A stretch of DNA of 64,000 nt from contig CAWANJ010000001.1 of assembly GCA_963783385.1 (NCBI GenBank), positions 320,001 to 384,000 on the forward strand, in the 5' to 3' direction. Within the stretch, counting starts at the first letter, position 1; the number at the start of each line of letters is the position of its first letter. Origin of the DNA: an uncultured Gemmatimonadales bacterium. GTDB taxonomy: Bacteria; Gemmatimonadota; Gemmatimonadetes; Palauibacterales; Palauibacteraceae. Positions 8,804-17,734 of this stretch are shown one piece after another. Under the pieces are notes generated by a model. The model made no database searches. It had not been told where the DNA came from and saw nothing but the letters and a program-made list of their open reading frames with translations. The position numbers and the translations under genes were made by a program.

Positions 8804-9855
8804 CCCGCCTCCACCTCCCGACGTACCCGCTCCACGACCAGGCGCCGCGCCTCCTCGAGCGGTCGGCTCAGGAGGGCTCCGGAAGCCTGGGTGTGGCCTC
8901 CGCCACCGAAGTCGCGGGCCACCTCGTTCACGTTGATGCGGCCGTTGGAGCGCAGGGAGATCTTGGTCCGGCCGTCGGACAGCTCTCGGAACAGGATGGC
9001 CACCTCGATCCCCTCGAGCCGGCGCGGATACTCGACCAGGCCCTCCCGGTCCTCGGGTCCCGCGCCGGTCTCCTCCACGTCGCGTGAATGCAGGGCGACC
9101 CAGGCGATGGCGTGCTCCGCGTCCACCTCCAGCGAGTCGAGGGCCCGCTTGAGCAGCTCGAGCCCTGCCGACGTATACCGCGCGAACAGGCGCCGGAACA
9201 TGGGCTCGATCTCCACACCGGCACGCAGCAGCTCGGCCGCGATGGCGTGCGCGCGCGGTGTCGTATTCCCGAACCGGAAGGAGCCCGTGTCGGTGACGAT
9301 GGCCACGTACAGGCCGCGCGCCTGTGCGGCCGTGGGTCGCCGGCCCTCGAGCGTGATGAGGTCGTAGACGAGCTCGCCGGTGGCGCAGGCGGAGGGGTCG
9401 AGTACCACCGTCTCCCCGATCGCCCGCGGAGTGGGCGGATGGTGATCGATGACCAGCACCCGGAGGCCGTCCATGCGCTCGGCGACGGATCCGATACGGG
9501 ACGTTTCGGACGTATCGAGCACCAGGATCGCGTCGGCCTCCTGCAGCGCGCGCCGACCGTCCTCCTGGTCGGGCGTCCACGCCCGACGGCCCTCGAGCAG
9601 GAACGCGAAGGCCTCGGGGAAGGGAGAGGGGTTCACGATCGCGACCTCGAGGCCGGCATCCTCGAGCCAGAGGGCGACCGCCGCCTCGCTGCCCGCCCCG
9701 TCCCCGTCGGCGTTGACGTGCGTCGACAGCACGACGCGGTGAGATCGCTCGAGGACGGATCGGAGCTCGGCCAGGGCCTCCCGGCGCCCCGGCTCGGGCG
9801 GCGGGACCGAAGCGGACCCGCGGCCTGGACGGTCCTTCATGGACACGGTCGGCAC
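8800..9855 (-). CDS. nrnA: DHH/DHHA1 phosphoesterase, NrnA-type oligoribonuclease/pAp phosphatase
   Basis: HVNADGD, IDHH, TDTGSF, KISLRS, GGGGHTQASG. Confidence 0.88.
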   Translation of the reverse strand: MPTVSMKDRPGRGSASVPPPEPGRREALAELRSVLERSHRVVLSTHVNADGDGAGSEAAVALWLEDAGLEVAIVNPSPFPEAFAFLLEGRRAWTPDQEDGRRALQEADAILVLDTSETSRIGSVAERMDGLRVLVIDHHPPTPRAIGETVVLDPSACATGELVYDLITLEGRRPTAAQARGLYVAIVTDTGSFRFGNTTPRAHAIAAELLRAGVEIEPMFRRLFARYTSAGLELLKRALDSLEVDAEHAIAWVALHSRDVEETGAGPEDREGLVEYPRRLEGIEVAILFRELSDGRTKISLRSNGRINVNEVARDFGGGGHTQASGALLSRPLEEARRLVVERVRREVEAG

Positions 9856-9862
9856 CGCGCCG

Positions 9863-10039
9863 TCAGCTCCGGTCTCCCGCGGCGCCCGTCGGTCCGCTTC
9901 CCGGGCCGCCGTCGGTCGGACCGCCGTGGCCCGGCTCGGCCACGATGCGATAGAAGCACCAGACCATGAGGAGGGTCACCGAGCCCATGCTCACGAACAT
10001 GAACACGGCGGCGAACGTCGTCAGACCCGTTCCCTGCAC
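9863..10039 (-). CDS. Small single-pass membrane protein (58 aa), probable partner subunit of the NSS transporter
   Basis: AAGGAGAGG RBS, GTG start: MQGTGLTTFAAVFMFVSMGSVTLLMVWCFYRIVAEPGHGG...; lies just downstream of the transporter; below the ORF-track cutoff. Confidence 0.7.
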   Translation of the reverse strand: MQGTGLTTFAAVFMFVSMGSVTLLMVWCFYRIVAEPGHGGPTDGGPGSGPTGAAGDRS

Positions 10040-10075
10040 GCTGCACCTCTCCTTTCAGGCCCGGTCCGGCGGAGC

Positions 10076-11644
10076 TCAGAGCTCCGCCGGTCCGGGCGTC
10101 TTGTTCTCCCATGCCTTGCGGATCAGGAACAGGCCGACCAGGCCCATCAGCACGATGAGCCCCCGGCTGGCCCACCGGTAGGGGATGTTCTGCGGGTTGG
10201 CGACCCCGTGCATCAGGAAGGTGGGGATCGCCTCGCTCCATCCCCACCAGGCGAACAGGAGCACGAGGAATGCCGGGGTCACCCACTTCATGATCGGTTT
10301 GAAGATGCCCGGCACCCGCAGGTCCGCCCCGTGGTGCATCTCCTCCCACCCGCGGTCGATGCCGAACACGAACGCGAACAGGAAGATCTCGATCGTGGCG
10401 AGCACCACGAGTCCGAAGGTCCCGGCCCAGTAGTCCCACTCCGACATGAAGCCGTGCTGATAGAAGACCACGTGCGTGAGGCCCAGGAGCAGGGCCACCG
10501 ACATCACCCCGTAGGACGCCTTCTTCCGCGTCCAGTCGAACTCCTCCTGCAGGAAGCTGATCGTGGGAGTGGCCAGAGCCACGCAGGACGTGATCCCGGC
10601 GATGAACAGGAGGAAGAACCACAGGAAGCCGAAGATCTGGCCCCAGATCGCCGGTCCCGGCAGTCCCTGGAACACGACCCCCATGGCCACGATGCCCAGG
10701 TCGAAGGTCCCGCCCTTGGCGATGGACACGGCCCCCGTCACTCCGAAGAACACCACCGCCGCGGTGATCGCGATCGTGCCTCCCAGAACGACCTCGGCGA
10801 ACTCGTTCGTGGCGGCCGTGGACAGCCCCGTCAGCGTGACGTCATCGTTCGCGTCCAGGTAGGAGGCGTAGGCGTGGATCTGCCCCGCGCCCAGCGACAG
10901 GGTGAAGAACATCTGGCCCGCCGCGGCCAGCCACACCTTGGGATCGGAGAGGCTGGTCCAGTGCGGGTTCCAGATGAAGTTGAGCCCGTCCGCCGGAGAG
11001 GCCTTCATGGCCGGCAGGGTGAGGACCCGGATCATCAGCACCACCGCGAAGATGAACAGGAGCGGCATCCCGATCAGGGCCAGCTTCTCGATGCCGCCGC
11101 TGATGCCCCGGGACAGCACCCAGCCCAGGAAGACCAGGGTGACGATGAAGAAGGCCAGCGCCAGCCAGCCGCCGTGCATCGAGGGGTCGAAGATGTTCTG
11201 GAAGGAGTAGAGGTAGTGCCGCATCTGGTCGACCTGGCCGAGGCCGAAGTAGTCCCCGGTGGCGCTGAAGAAGCTGAACCCCAGCATCCAGGAGACCACG
11301 TAGGTGTAATAGATGAACACCACCAGCGGCGTCACGAGGCCGAGCACGCCCAGGTACTTGGCCCACGGCTTCTTCCGGTCGGTGAGCTCGTCGAACATCC
11401 CCGGAAGGCTGGCGTGCCCGAACTTCCCCCCGAACCGTCCGATCGTCCACTCGATCCACATGAGCGGGATGCCAAGGATCAGGAAGGACACGAAGTAGGG
11501 GATCATGAACGTGCCGCCGCCGTTCTGGGCGGCCTGCACCGGGAAGCGCAGGAAGTTGCCGAGGCCGACCGCGTTCCCGGCCATCGCCAGGATGAGGCCG
11601 ATGCGTGTCCCCCACTGCTCCTGCTGGTGCTTCTCGACGCTCAC
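10076..11644 (-). CDS. Sodium-dependent amino acid transporter, NSS/SNF family (LeuT-like)
   Basis: GLILAMAGNAVGLGNFLRFP, GIPLMWIEW, QMFFTLSLG, NEFAEVVLGG, DYWAGT, all close to LeuT. Confidence 0.95.
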   Translation of the reverse strand: MSVEKHQQEQWGTRIGLILAMAGNAVGLGNFLRFPVQAAQNGGGTFMIPYFVSFLILGIPLMWIEWTIGRFGGKFGHASLPGMFDELTDRKKPWAKYLGVLGLVTPLVVFIYYTYVVSWMLGFSFFSATGDYFGLGQVDQMRHYLYSFQNIFDPSMHGGWLALAFFIVTLVFLGWVLSRGISGGIEKLALIGMPLLFIFAVVLMIRVLTLPAMKASPADGLNFIWNPHWTSLSDPKVWLAAAGQMFFTLSLGAGQIHAYASYLDANDDVTLTGLSTAATNEFAEVVLGGTIAITAAVVFFGVTGAVSIAKGGTFDLGIVAMGVVFQGLPGPAIWGQIFGFLWFFLLFIAGITSCVALATPTISFLQEEFDWTRKKASYGVMSVALLLGLTHVVFYQHGFMSEWDYWAGTFGLVVLATIEIFLFAFVFGIDRGWEEMHHGADLRVPGIFKPIMKWVTPAFLVLLFAWWGWSEAIPTFLMHGVANPQNIPYRWASRGLIVLMGLVGLFLIRKAWENKTPGPAEL

Positions 11645-11769
11645 TCGTCCTCCCCCGCTGCCTTCTCCGGGTGGCCATCGGAGCCGGGAGCCGGCTCGCG
11701 CCCCCTCACGCCCGACCGTTGGTCGAGGACCCTAGCCCCCGCCCGACCGCCACGTCAAGGAAATCGGCG

Positions 11770-12438
11770 TCAGATCGGCAGGCGCCCGCGCAGCCGCGCC
11801 CAGGTGGAACCGAGGTGGACCCAGCGCCCGGAGGCCGTGCCCTCCACGCGGCCGGCCGCCAGAGCTTCCAGAAGCTCGGCCGGCCCCTCGAAGGGCGGCA
11901 CGTGCACCCGGCCGCGGCCGATCTCGGACAGCAGGTGCGCGTCGCTCCCGGCCCCGAGCGGAAAGCCGCGACTCCGGCCCCAGAGCGCCGCGCATTCGTT
12001 GGCCGCGGGGTCGTGGATCCGGGCGTTGAAGGCCTCCACGGCGTCGACGCAGTCCGCCACGCCCTCGAGGAACGCCTCGTCGGTCCCCCTGCGGGCATCG
12101 AAGGGGTGGGGCAGGTAGACCACCCCGCCCTGCCGGTGGATCGCATCGGCCACCTCGCGGAACGGGGCACCCGGCTCGATCCGATGCCGCAGGTAGAGGC
12201 CAATGAGGTCGAGACCCTCCGCCGTGCGCACTTCCTCGCCCACGATCACGCGCTCCGGGTCGAGGTCCCGTGCCGCGAACGCCCCGTCGATTTCGTCGTG
12301 GTCCGTGATCGCGATCCGGTCCAGGCCCACGGCGCGGGCCCGCGCCACCACCTTCGACGGCGCGCTCCGGCAGTCCACCGAGGCGCTGGTGTGCATGTGG
12401 AGATCCACCGCCCAGGTCGGAGGAGTCGACCCGCTCAA
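11770..12438 (-). CDS. PHP-domain phosphoesterase
   Basis: DLHMHT, AITDHD, GEEV, PHPFD, GSDAH; TTG start overlaps the coaE stop. Confidence 0.88.
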   Translation of the reverse strand: MSGSTPPTWAVDLHMHTSASVDCRSAPSKVVARARAVGLDRIAITDHDEIDGAFAARDLDPERVIVGEEVRTAEGLDLIGLYLRHRIEPGAPFREVADAIHRQGGVVYLPHPFDARRGTDEAFLEGVADCVDAVEAFNARIHDPAANECAALWGRSRGFPLGAGSDAHLLSEIGRGRVHVPPFEGPAELLEALAAGRVEGTASGRWVHLGSTWARLRGRLPI

Positions 12439-13046
12439 CGGGCACCTGCCTCGCGCTCCAGGATGACGTCCCAGGCCGAACGGGCGCGCCGCTCGAGCTG
12501 CCCGAGGTCGCCGTCGTTGACGATCACGAGATCCGCCGCGGCGCGCTTGCGCGCGGCGGGCCACTGCGCCGACTCGATGGCCTCGAAGGTGCCCGACTCG
12601 AGCCCGCGCTCCGACTGGATCCGACCGCGGCGGACCTGCTCGGGCGCGTCGACCACCACGATCACGTCGAAGTCGTCCTCCAGCTCCTTCTCGAGCAGGA
12701 GCGGGATCTCGGCCACCAGCGCGCGGGCGCCGGCATCGCGCGCCGCCTCGAGGGCGTCCGCCCGGAGGGCATGCACCGCCGGATGAACGATACGCTCGAG
12801 CGCCTCGCGCTCCTCCGGACGGCCGAACACGCGCCGGCGAAGCGCGGCCCGGTCGAGGCGTCCGTCGGACCCGATGACGGCTTCCCCGAAGCGCTCGCGG
12901 ATCGCCTCCAGCGCCGGCGAGCCCGGCTCGACGGCCCGCCGTGCCAGGTCGTCGGCGTCGACGCGCCACGCGCCCCACCGCTCGAACATCCGGCCGACGG
13001 TGCTCTTGCCGGCGCCCACCGTGCCGGTGAGCCCGACGCGGATCAC
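12435..13046 (-). CDS. coaE: Dephospho-CoA kinase
   Basis: VGLTGTVGAGKST, DAD, LDRAAL, LERIVHP, EIPLLLE. Confidence 0.95.
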   Translation of the reverse strand: MIRVGLTGTVGAGKSTVGRMFERWGAWRVDADDLARRAVEPGSPALEAIRERFGEAVIGSDGRLDRAALRRRVFGRPEEREALERIVHPAVHALRADALEAARDAGARALVAEIPLLLEKELEDDFDVIVVVDAPEQVRRGRIQSERGLESGTFEAIESAQWPAARKRAAADLVIVNDGDLGQLERRARSAWDVILEREAGAR

Positions 13047-14257
13047 TCCGACGGCTCCGCGGACCCGCTCGCTCCGCTCCCCGGACCGGCACCGGCGGAT
13101 CCCGCCTCGGCCTGCGGGCCGGCGCCGGAGCCGCCGGGGGGCTCGATGATCGATCGGGCCTCTTCCCCGCCCACGCCGAGCGCCACCCGGAACTCCTCGA
13201 ACAGAGAGGCCACGAGCTCGTCCACCTCCGCGTCGGACAGCCCCTTCAACGGCAGCTGGGCGCCGGCCAGCATACCGTGGCCGCCCGCGGAGCCCCGGTC
13301 CCGGACCACCTGCTGGACGAGGTCACCCGCGTGGGCCTCCAGCTGATAGGTCCGCACCGACAGGAGGAGGTCGTCGTGATAGCGGCCGGAGGCGATGGTC
13401 CATTCGACGCCGTCCACCCGCATGAACATGTCGGCCAGCTCCGCACCCAGATCGGGGTAGTCGAGCCGACCCATCGGCACGCACATCACGCCGCCGTAGC
13501 CGCGGGCTCGCTCGAGCGCCTCGTGCACGGACTGCAGGTAGCTTGCCGGAACCCGCGCGTGCCGGATGCGGGAGATGGACTCGGGATCCGAGCGGGGATA
13601 CAGGTACAGGCTGGCTTCGACGTCGGCGGCGGAGACCTCGCGCCCCAGGTCCATGGTCTCCGACTGGATGCCGTAGAACAACGCCGTGGCCAGCGCACGG
13701 TCGGGCTCGAGGCCCGCCGCCCGCAGGTACTCGACCAGGATCGAGCAGCTGGCCCCGTACTCCGGCCGCACGTCCGAGAAGGTGGTGGCCGCCGTCTCCG
13801 GCCGGACGGGATGATGGTCGATCACGATGCCGGCGATGCGGCCCTCGGGGAGGGAGTTGTTCCCGGTCCGCGGCTGCGTGTCGACCAGGGCGACGACCGC
13901 GCCGGCCGGGATCTCGATCGAGCCCATCCGCTGGAAGGAGACGCCCGTCTCCGCGATCAGGGCACGATTCTCCGCCCGGCCGACGATGCCGCCGAACGCC
14001 ATCTTGGTGGAGACACCGGCGGCCTCCCGGAGGAGGAAGGAAAGCGCGGCTGCCGAGGCGATCGCATCGGGATCGGGATTGTCGTGCGTGAGCACGAACA
14101 CGTCCGTGGCGTCCTCGAGGGCGCCGAGCAGGCCGGCAAGCCGAACCGCCTGGTCCACGGTGGTCTCTCCGGGCTGCATGGGGCCGACCGGCTCGGACCC
14201 CGACTCTCCTCCCGACCCGGTGTCACGGTCCGCCGTGGACTCACGCTCCGCGCCCAC
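13043..14257 (-). CDS. Second DHH-family phosphoesterase
   Basis: THDNPDPDAIAS, GRAENRA, IDHHP, DVRPEYGA, SAGGHGMLAG. Start may be further downstream. Confidence 0.85.
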   Translation of the reverse strand: MGAERESTADRDTGSGGESGSEPVGPMQPGETTVDQAVRLAGLLGALEDATDVFVLTHDNPDPDAIASAAALSFLLREAAGVSTKMAFGGIVGRAENRALIAETGVSFQRMGSIEIPAGAVVALVDTQPRTGNNSLPEGRIAGIVIDHHPVRPETAATTFSDVRPEYGASCSILVEYLRAAGLEPDRALATALFYGIQSETMDLGREVSAADVEASLYLYPRSDPESISRIRHARVPASYLQSVHEALERARGYGGVMCVPMGRLDYPDLGAELADMFMRVDGVEWTIASGRYHDDLLLSVRTYQLEAHAGDLVQQVVRDRGSAGGHGMLAGAQLPLKGLSDAEVDELVASLFEEFRVALGVGGEEARSIIEPPGGSGAGPQAEAGSAGAGPGSGASGSAEPSE

Positions 14258-14260
14258 CGG

Positions 14261-14374
14261 TCAGTCCGAACAGTCGCCGTGAGGATAGGGATGGCCACAG
14301 TTGGGACAGCGACCCCCACGACAGCCCATCCGCCGCACGGCGAGGGGCGTCCCGCACCGCAGGCAGGGCAACAT
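14261..14374 (-). CDS. Cys-rich microprotein (37 aa), putative zinc ribbon
   Basis: GGAGG upstream of ATG 14374: MLPCLRCGTPLAVRRMGCRGGRCPNCGHPYPHGDCSD; stop lies 3 nt before the next gene start. Confidence 0.7.
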   Translation of the reverse strand: MLPCLRCGTPLAVRRMGCRGGRCPNCGHPYPHGDCSD

Positions 14375-14457
14375 CGGTCCGCCCTCGCCTCCCGTCGATC
14401 GTGGCGGCCGGGACGGCGGGACGGCCCGAGTCCGCGCTGCCACCTCCGCGCCCGTCC

Positions 14458-15120
14458 TCATCCGCTCCACCCGAAGGCGCCGCTCAGGAAGGGGTTGGTG
14501 CGCGCCTCCCGTCCCACGGTCGTCTCGGCCCCGTGACCCGACCACAGCACCGTGTCCTCGGGCAGGACGAGGATCTTCTCCCGGATGGAGCGCAGGAGGG
14601 TGGCCGCGTCGCCACCCGGGAGGTCCACCCGACCCACCGAGCCCGCGAACACGCAGTCGCCCACGAAAGCGTTCCCCGGAAGCACGAACACGACCCCTCC
14701 GGGCGAATGCCCGGGCGTGTGACGCACCTCGAAGGACAGGTCCGCCAGCTCCAGCCGCTGCCCGTCGGCGAGATCCCGGTCGGGTGCCGGAGGCGCCTCG
14801 ATCTCGAGCCCGAACATGCGGCCCTGGTCCACGACCGTATCGTACAGGGGTCGATCATCGGGATGGAGGTAGATGGGCACCTCGAAGCGGTGGCGCACGC
14901 CGGCCACGCCCCCCACGTGGTCCAGGTGGGCGTGCGTCAGGAGGATGGCCACGGGGTCCGTCTCCCAGTCCTCGAGCGCGGCGATCACGACATCGGAGTC
15001 GGCACCCGGATCGATGACCACGCACCGCGAGCCGTGCCTGCGGCGGACCAGGTATCCATTCGCCTGGATCGGGCCGAGAACGAGGCGGCGTACCTCGATC
15101 GCCTCGCGAGTGCCATCCAT
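14458..15120 (-). CDS. MBL-fold metallo-hydrolase (glyoxalase II/YcbL-like)
   Basis: IDPG, THAHLDHVGG, TPGHSPG, GDCVF, GRVDLPGG, SGHG. Confidence 0.92.
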   Translation of the reverse strand: MDGTREAIEVRRLVLGPIQANGYLVRRRHGSRCVVIDPGADSDVVIAALEDWETDPVAILLTHAHLDHVGGVAGVRHRFEVPIYLHPDDRPLYDTVVDQGRMFGLEIEAPPAPDRDLADGQRLELADLSFEVRHTPGHSPGGVVFVLPGNAFVGDCVFAGSVGRVDLPGGDAATLLRSIREKILVLPEDTVLWSGHGAETTVGREARTNPFLSGAFGWSG

Positions 15121-15145
15121 GCGCGCGGGTCCGTTCCGCGCCCCT

Positions 15146-15514
15146 TCAGACCGCGAAGGAGCTCCCGCAGCCGCAGCCGCCGGTGGCGTTGGGGTTCTCG
15201 AAAGTGAACCCCGATCCCTGGAAGGTGCTCTTGTAGTCGATCGACACGCCTTCCAGGTATTGCGCCGAAAAGGGGTCGATGAACAGCCGCACGCCGTGGC
15301 TGTCGATGACGAAGTCGTCGTCGCGGGCCTCCGGCTCCAGGTTGAGGGCATACTCGAAGCCCGAGCATCCGCCCGGCACGACGCTCACGCGCAGACCGGC
15401 GGCTTCGCCTTCCATCTTCTCATCGGACATGAACTTCCGGACCTCTCCGGCCGCCATCTCGGAGAGCGTGATCCCGAGTGCCTCACCCTGTCCCGACTGT
15501 ACCGTAGTATCCAT
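15146..15514 (-). CDS. A-type iron-sulfur carrier (IscA/ErpA/HesB family)
   Basis: GGCSGFEY, FENPNATGGCGCGSSF. Confidence 0.93.
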   Translation of the reverse strand: MDTTVQSGQGEALGITLSEMAAGEVRKFMSDEKMEGEAAGLRVSVVPGGCSGFEYALNLEPEARDDDFVIDSHGVRLFIDPFSAQYLEGVSIDYKSTFQGSGFTFENPNATGGCGCGSSFAV

Positions 15515-15590
15515 GATCCCACCCTTCGGTGTGTCGATTCCCGCGGAGGACGGCCCCCGCGCCACGTGCCCCCGCCCAACGCGACGCGCG

Positions 15591-16598
15591 TCAGGCGCTC
15601 GTCGCGCCCGCCGGCGCCGCCGCTCCATCGGAGCCGGCCGCGGTCGACCCGGATCCCTCGCGCTCGGCCAGGTCGACCAGGTACTTCTCGGCCGCGAACA
15701 CGGCCGTGGTCGCATCGCCCACCGCCGTCGTGATCTGGCGCACGAGCTGCGAGCGGACGTCCCCGGCCGCGAACAGGCCCGGCACCGAGGTCCGCATGTC
15801 CCGGTCCGTGAGCAGGTACCCGCCGGCGTCGTGCTCGACGTGCTCCGCGAGGACCGTCGTGTTCGGGTCGAACCCTATGAATATAAACACTCCGGTGACG
15901 GGGAGTTCCAATGCCTCACCCGTCCCGACGTCGCGCAGCGCGAGGGACGTGACCCCCGAATCGTCGCCGCGGATCTCCTCGACGACCGTGTTCCAGATCA
16001 CCTCGGCCCTCGGGTTTCGCAGGAGCCGATCCTCGAGCACCGCCTGCGCCCGGAAGGCCTCCCGTCGGTGGACGACGTACACCTTCTCCGCGTAACGGGT
16101 CAGGAACTCTCCCTCCTCTACCGCGGAATCCCCACCTCCCACCACCGCGATGGTCTGGCCCTTGAAGAAGGCGCCGTCGCAGATGGCGCAGTAGCTGACG
16201 CCCTTCCCCCGGAACTCCTCCTCACCGGGGACGCCCAGCCGGCGGGGCGTGCCGCCCGCCGTCAACACGACGGCGGGGGAGCGGTACACGGTCCCATCCG
16301 AGACCGCGACCAGGAAGCGGCCCTCCTCGTCGCGCCGGATGGACTCCACCACGCCGTAGGTGGCCTCCACGCCGAACCTGGCCGCGTGCTCCGTCATGCG
16401 CTCGGCCAGCTCCAGCCCACCCACCTCCTCGAGTCCGGGATAGTCGTCCACCAGCTCCGTGAGAAGGAGCTGTCCCCCGGGAGCACCCTGCTCGAGGAGG
16501 ACGGCGTCCATCTCCGAGCGTCCGGCATACAGGGCGGCGCACAGACCCGCCGGGCCCGCACCCACGATGATCAGCTCGTGATCCTGCGTCGTCGTCAT
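15591..16598 (-). CDS. trxB: Thioredoxin-disulfide reductase
   Basis: GAGPAG, GVSYCAICDG, GGGDSAVEE, VHRR, FAAGD, QITTAVGD. Confidence 0.96.
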   Translation of the reverse strand: MTTTQDHELIIVGAGPAGLCAALYAGRSEMDAVLLEQGAPGGQLLLTELVDDYPGLEEVGGLELAERMTEHAARFGVEATYGVVESIRRDEEGRFLVAVSDGTVYRSPAVVLTAGGTPRRLGVPGEEEFRGKGVSYCAICDGAFFKGQTIAVVGGGDSAVEEGEFLTRYAEKVYVVHRREAFRAQAVLEDRLLRNPRAEVIWNTVVEEIRGDDSGVTSLALRDVGTGEALELPVTGVFIFIGFDPNTTVLAEHVEHDAGGYLLTDRDMRTSVPGLFAAGDVRSQLVRQITTAVGDATTAVFAAEKYLVDLAEREGSGSTAAGSDGAAAPAGATSA

Positions 16599-17452
16599 GG
16601 TCGTTCGTCCGTCGTCTCGTCCCCGGCGGCCCGGGCCTCGATCCTCTCCAGCCACTCCACGGGTACCTCTTCGGAGCCCGGCATCGCCTCGTGTACCTGG
16701 TCGCGCCCGTGCCAGTCGGATCCGCCGGCCATCAGGAGTCCGTCCTCCTGCGCCAGGGACCTCAGTGCACGGCGCGTGCCCTCATCGTGGGAGGGATGGA
16801 GCACCTCCACGCCGTCGAGGCCCTGCTCGATCCAGCGTCGAATGTCCGCGGTGGAGTGCTCCCGGCCCGGATGGGCCACGAGCACGACACCCCCGGCCGC
16901 GTGGATGAGGTCGATCACCTCGGTCGGCGGCGTGGGTCGCTTGTCGACGAACGCCGGTCGACCCCGCGAGAGGTAGCGCCTGAACACGGTGCGCTCGTCC
17001 CGCACCAGCCCCTCCTCGACCAGCGCCCGCCCGATGTGCGCCCGCGTGGGGAGTCCTCCGACCGCCTGGCGCTCCACCGCCTCGTACGGGAGCGGGACAT
17101 CCAGGTCGTGCAGGCGCCCTACGATCGCATGGGCCCGGCGCACGCGCTCCCCCCGGTAGTCAGCCAGGTAGCCCAGCAGCTCCGGGTCGGTCGGGTCGAA
17201 CGCATACGCCAGCAAGTGGATGGAGCGGCCCGGCTCGTTGGCGGACATCTCCGCGCCGACCAGGAGCCTGATGCCCTGCCGCTCCGCTTCCCGAGCCGCC
17301 TCTTCGAGCCCGGCCACGGTGTCGTGGTCCATGAGGGCCATCCCCGCGAGCCCGGCTTCGGCGGCTCTACGTACTACCGAGGCGGGCGCCTCGGTTCCGT
17401 CGGATGCGGTGCTGTGCAGATGGAGGTCGACGCGCTCTCGCTCCGACGTCAC
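16595..17452 (-). CDS. PHP-domain protein (YciV/TrpH-like 3',5'-nucleoside bisphosphate phosphatase)
   Basis: DLHLHSTASDG, DHDT, HLLAY, RAHIGRAL, AHPG, GGSDWHG; GTGA coupling at the start. Confidence 0.9.
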   Translation of the reverse strand: MTSERERVDLHLHSTASDGTEAPASVVRRAAEAGLAGMALMDHDTVAGLEEAAREAERQGIRLLVGAEMSANEPGRSIHLLAYAFDPTDPELLGYLADYRGERVRRAHAIVGRLHDLDVPLPYEAVERQAVGGLPTRAHIGRALVEEGLVRDERTVFRRYLSRGRPAFVDKRPTPPTEVIDLIHAAGGVVLVAHPGREHSTADIRRWIEQGLDGVEVLHPSHDEGTRRALRSLAQEDGLLMAGGSDWHGRDQVHEAMPGSEEVPVEWLERIEARAAGDETTDERP

Positions 17453-17694
17453 GCGTACGTGCGCGGGGAGCCCAGAGACCGGCTCTGGCGGAAGAGATGG
17501 CTGAGATCGGCCTCCGACAGCGCCTCGAGGTCCTCCGGACCCGCGACCCGCTCGGACGGCACCTCGACCACCCGGTAGGGGCGCTGACGGGTGGTCACGC
17601 AGAAGAACACGACCGCCTGCACGCCCGCTCGAGGGGGGTGCGCGCTGAGCTGCGCCCGCCACGCGTCTCCATCCGCCCTGATCTTCCTGGCCAT
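17449..17694 (-). CDS. Hypothetical protein (81 aa)
   Basis: AGGGAAGG RBS; fills the operon gap; stop overlaps the next start; VVFFCVTTRQRPYRVVEV core. Confidence 0.7.
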   Translation of the reverse strand: MARKIRADGDAWRAQLSAHPPRAGVQAVVFFCVTTRQRPYRVVEVPSERVAGPEDLEALSEADLSHLFRQSRSLGSPRTYA

Positions 17695-17734
17695 CGACCC
17701 TTCCCTGTCGTTCTCGGCCCGTACCGGTCGGCAC

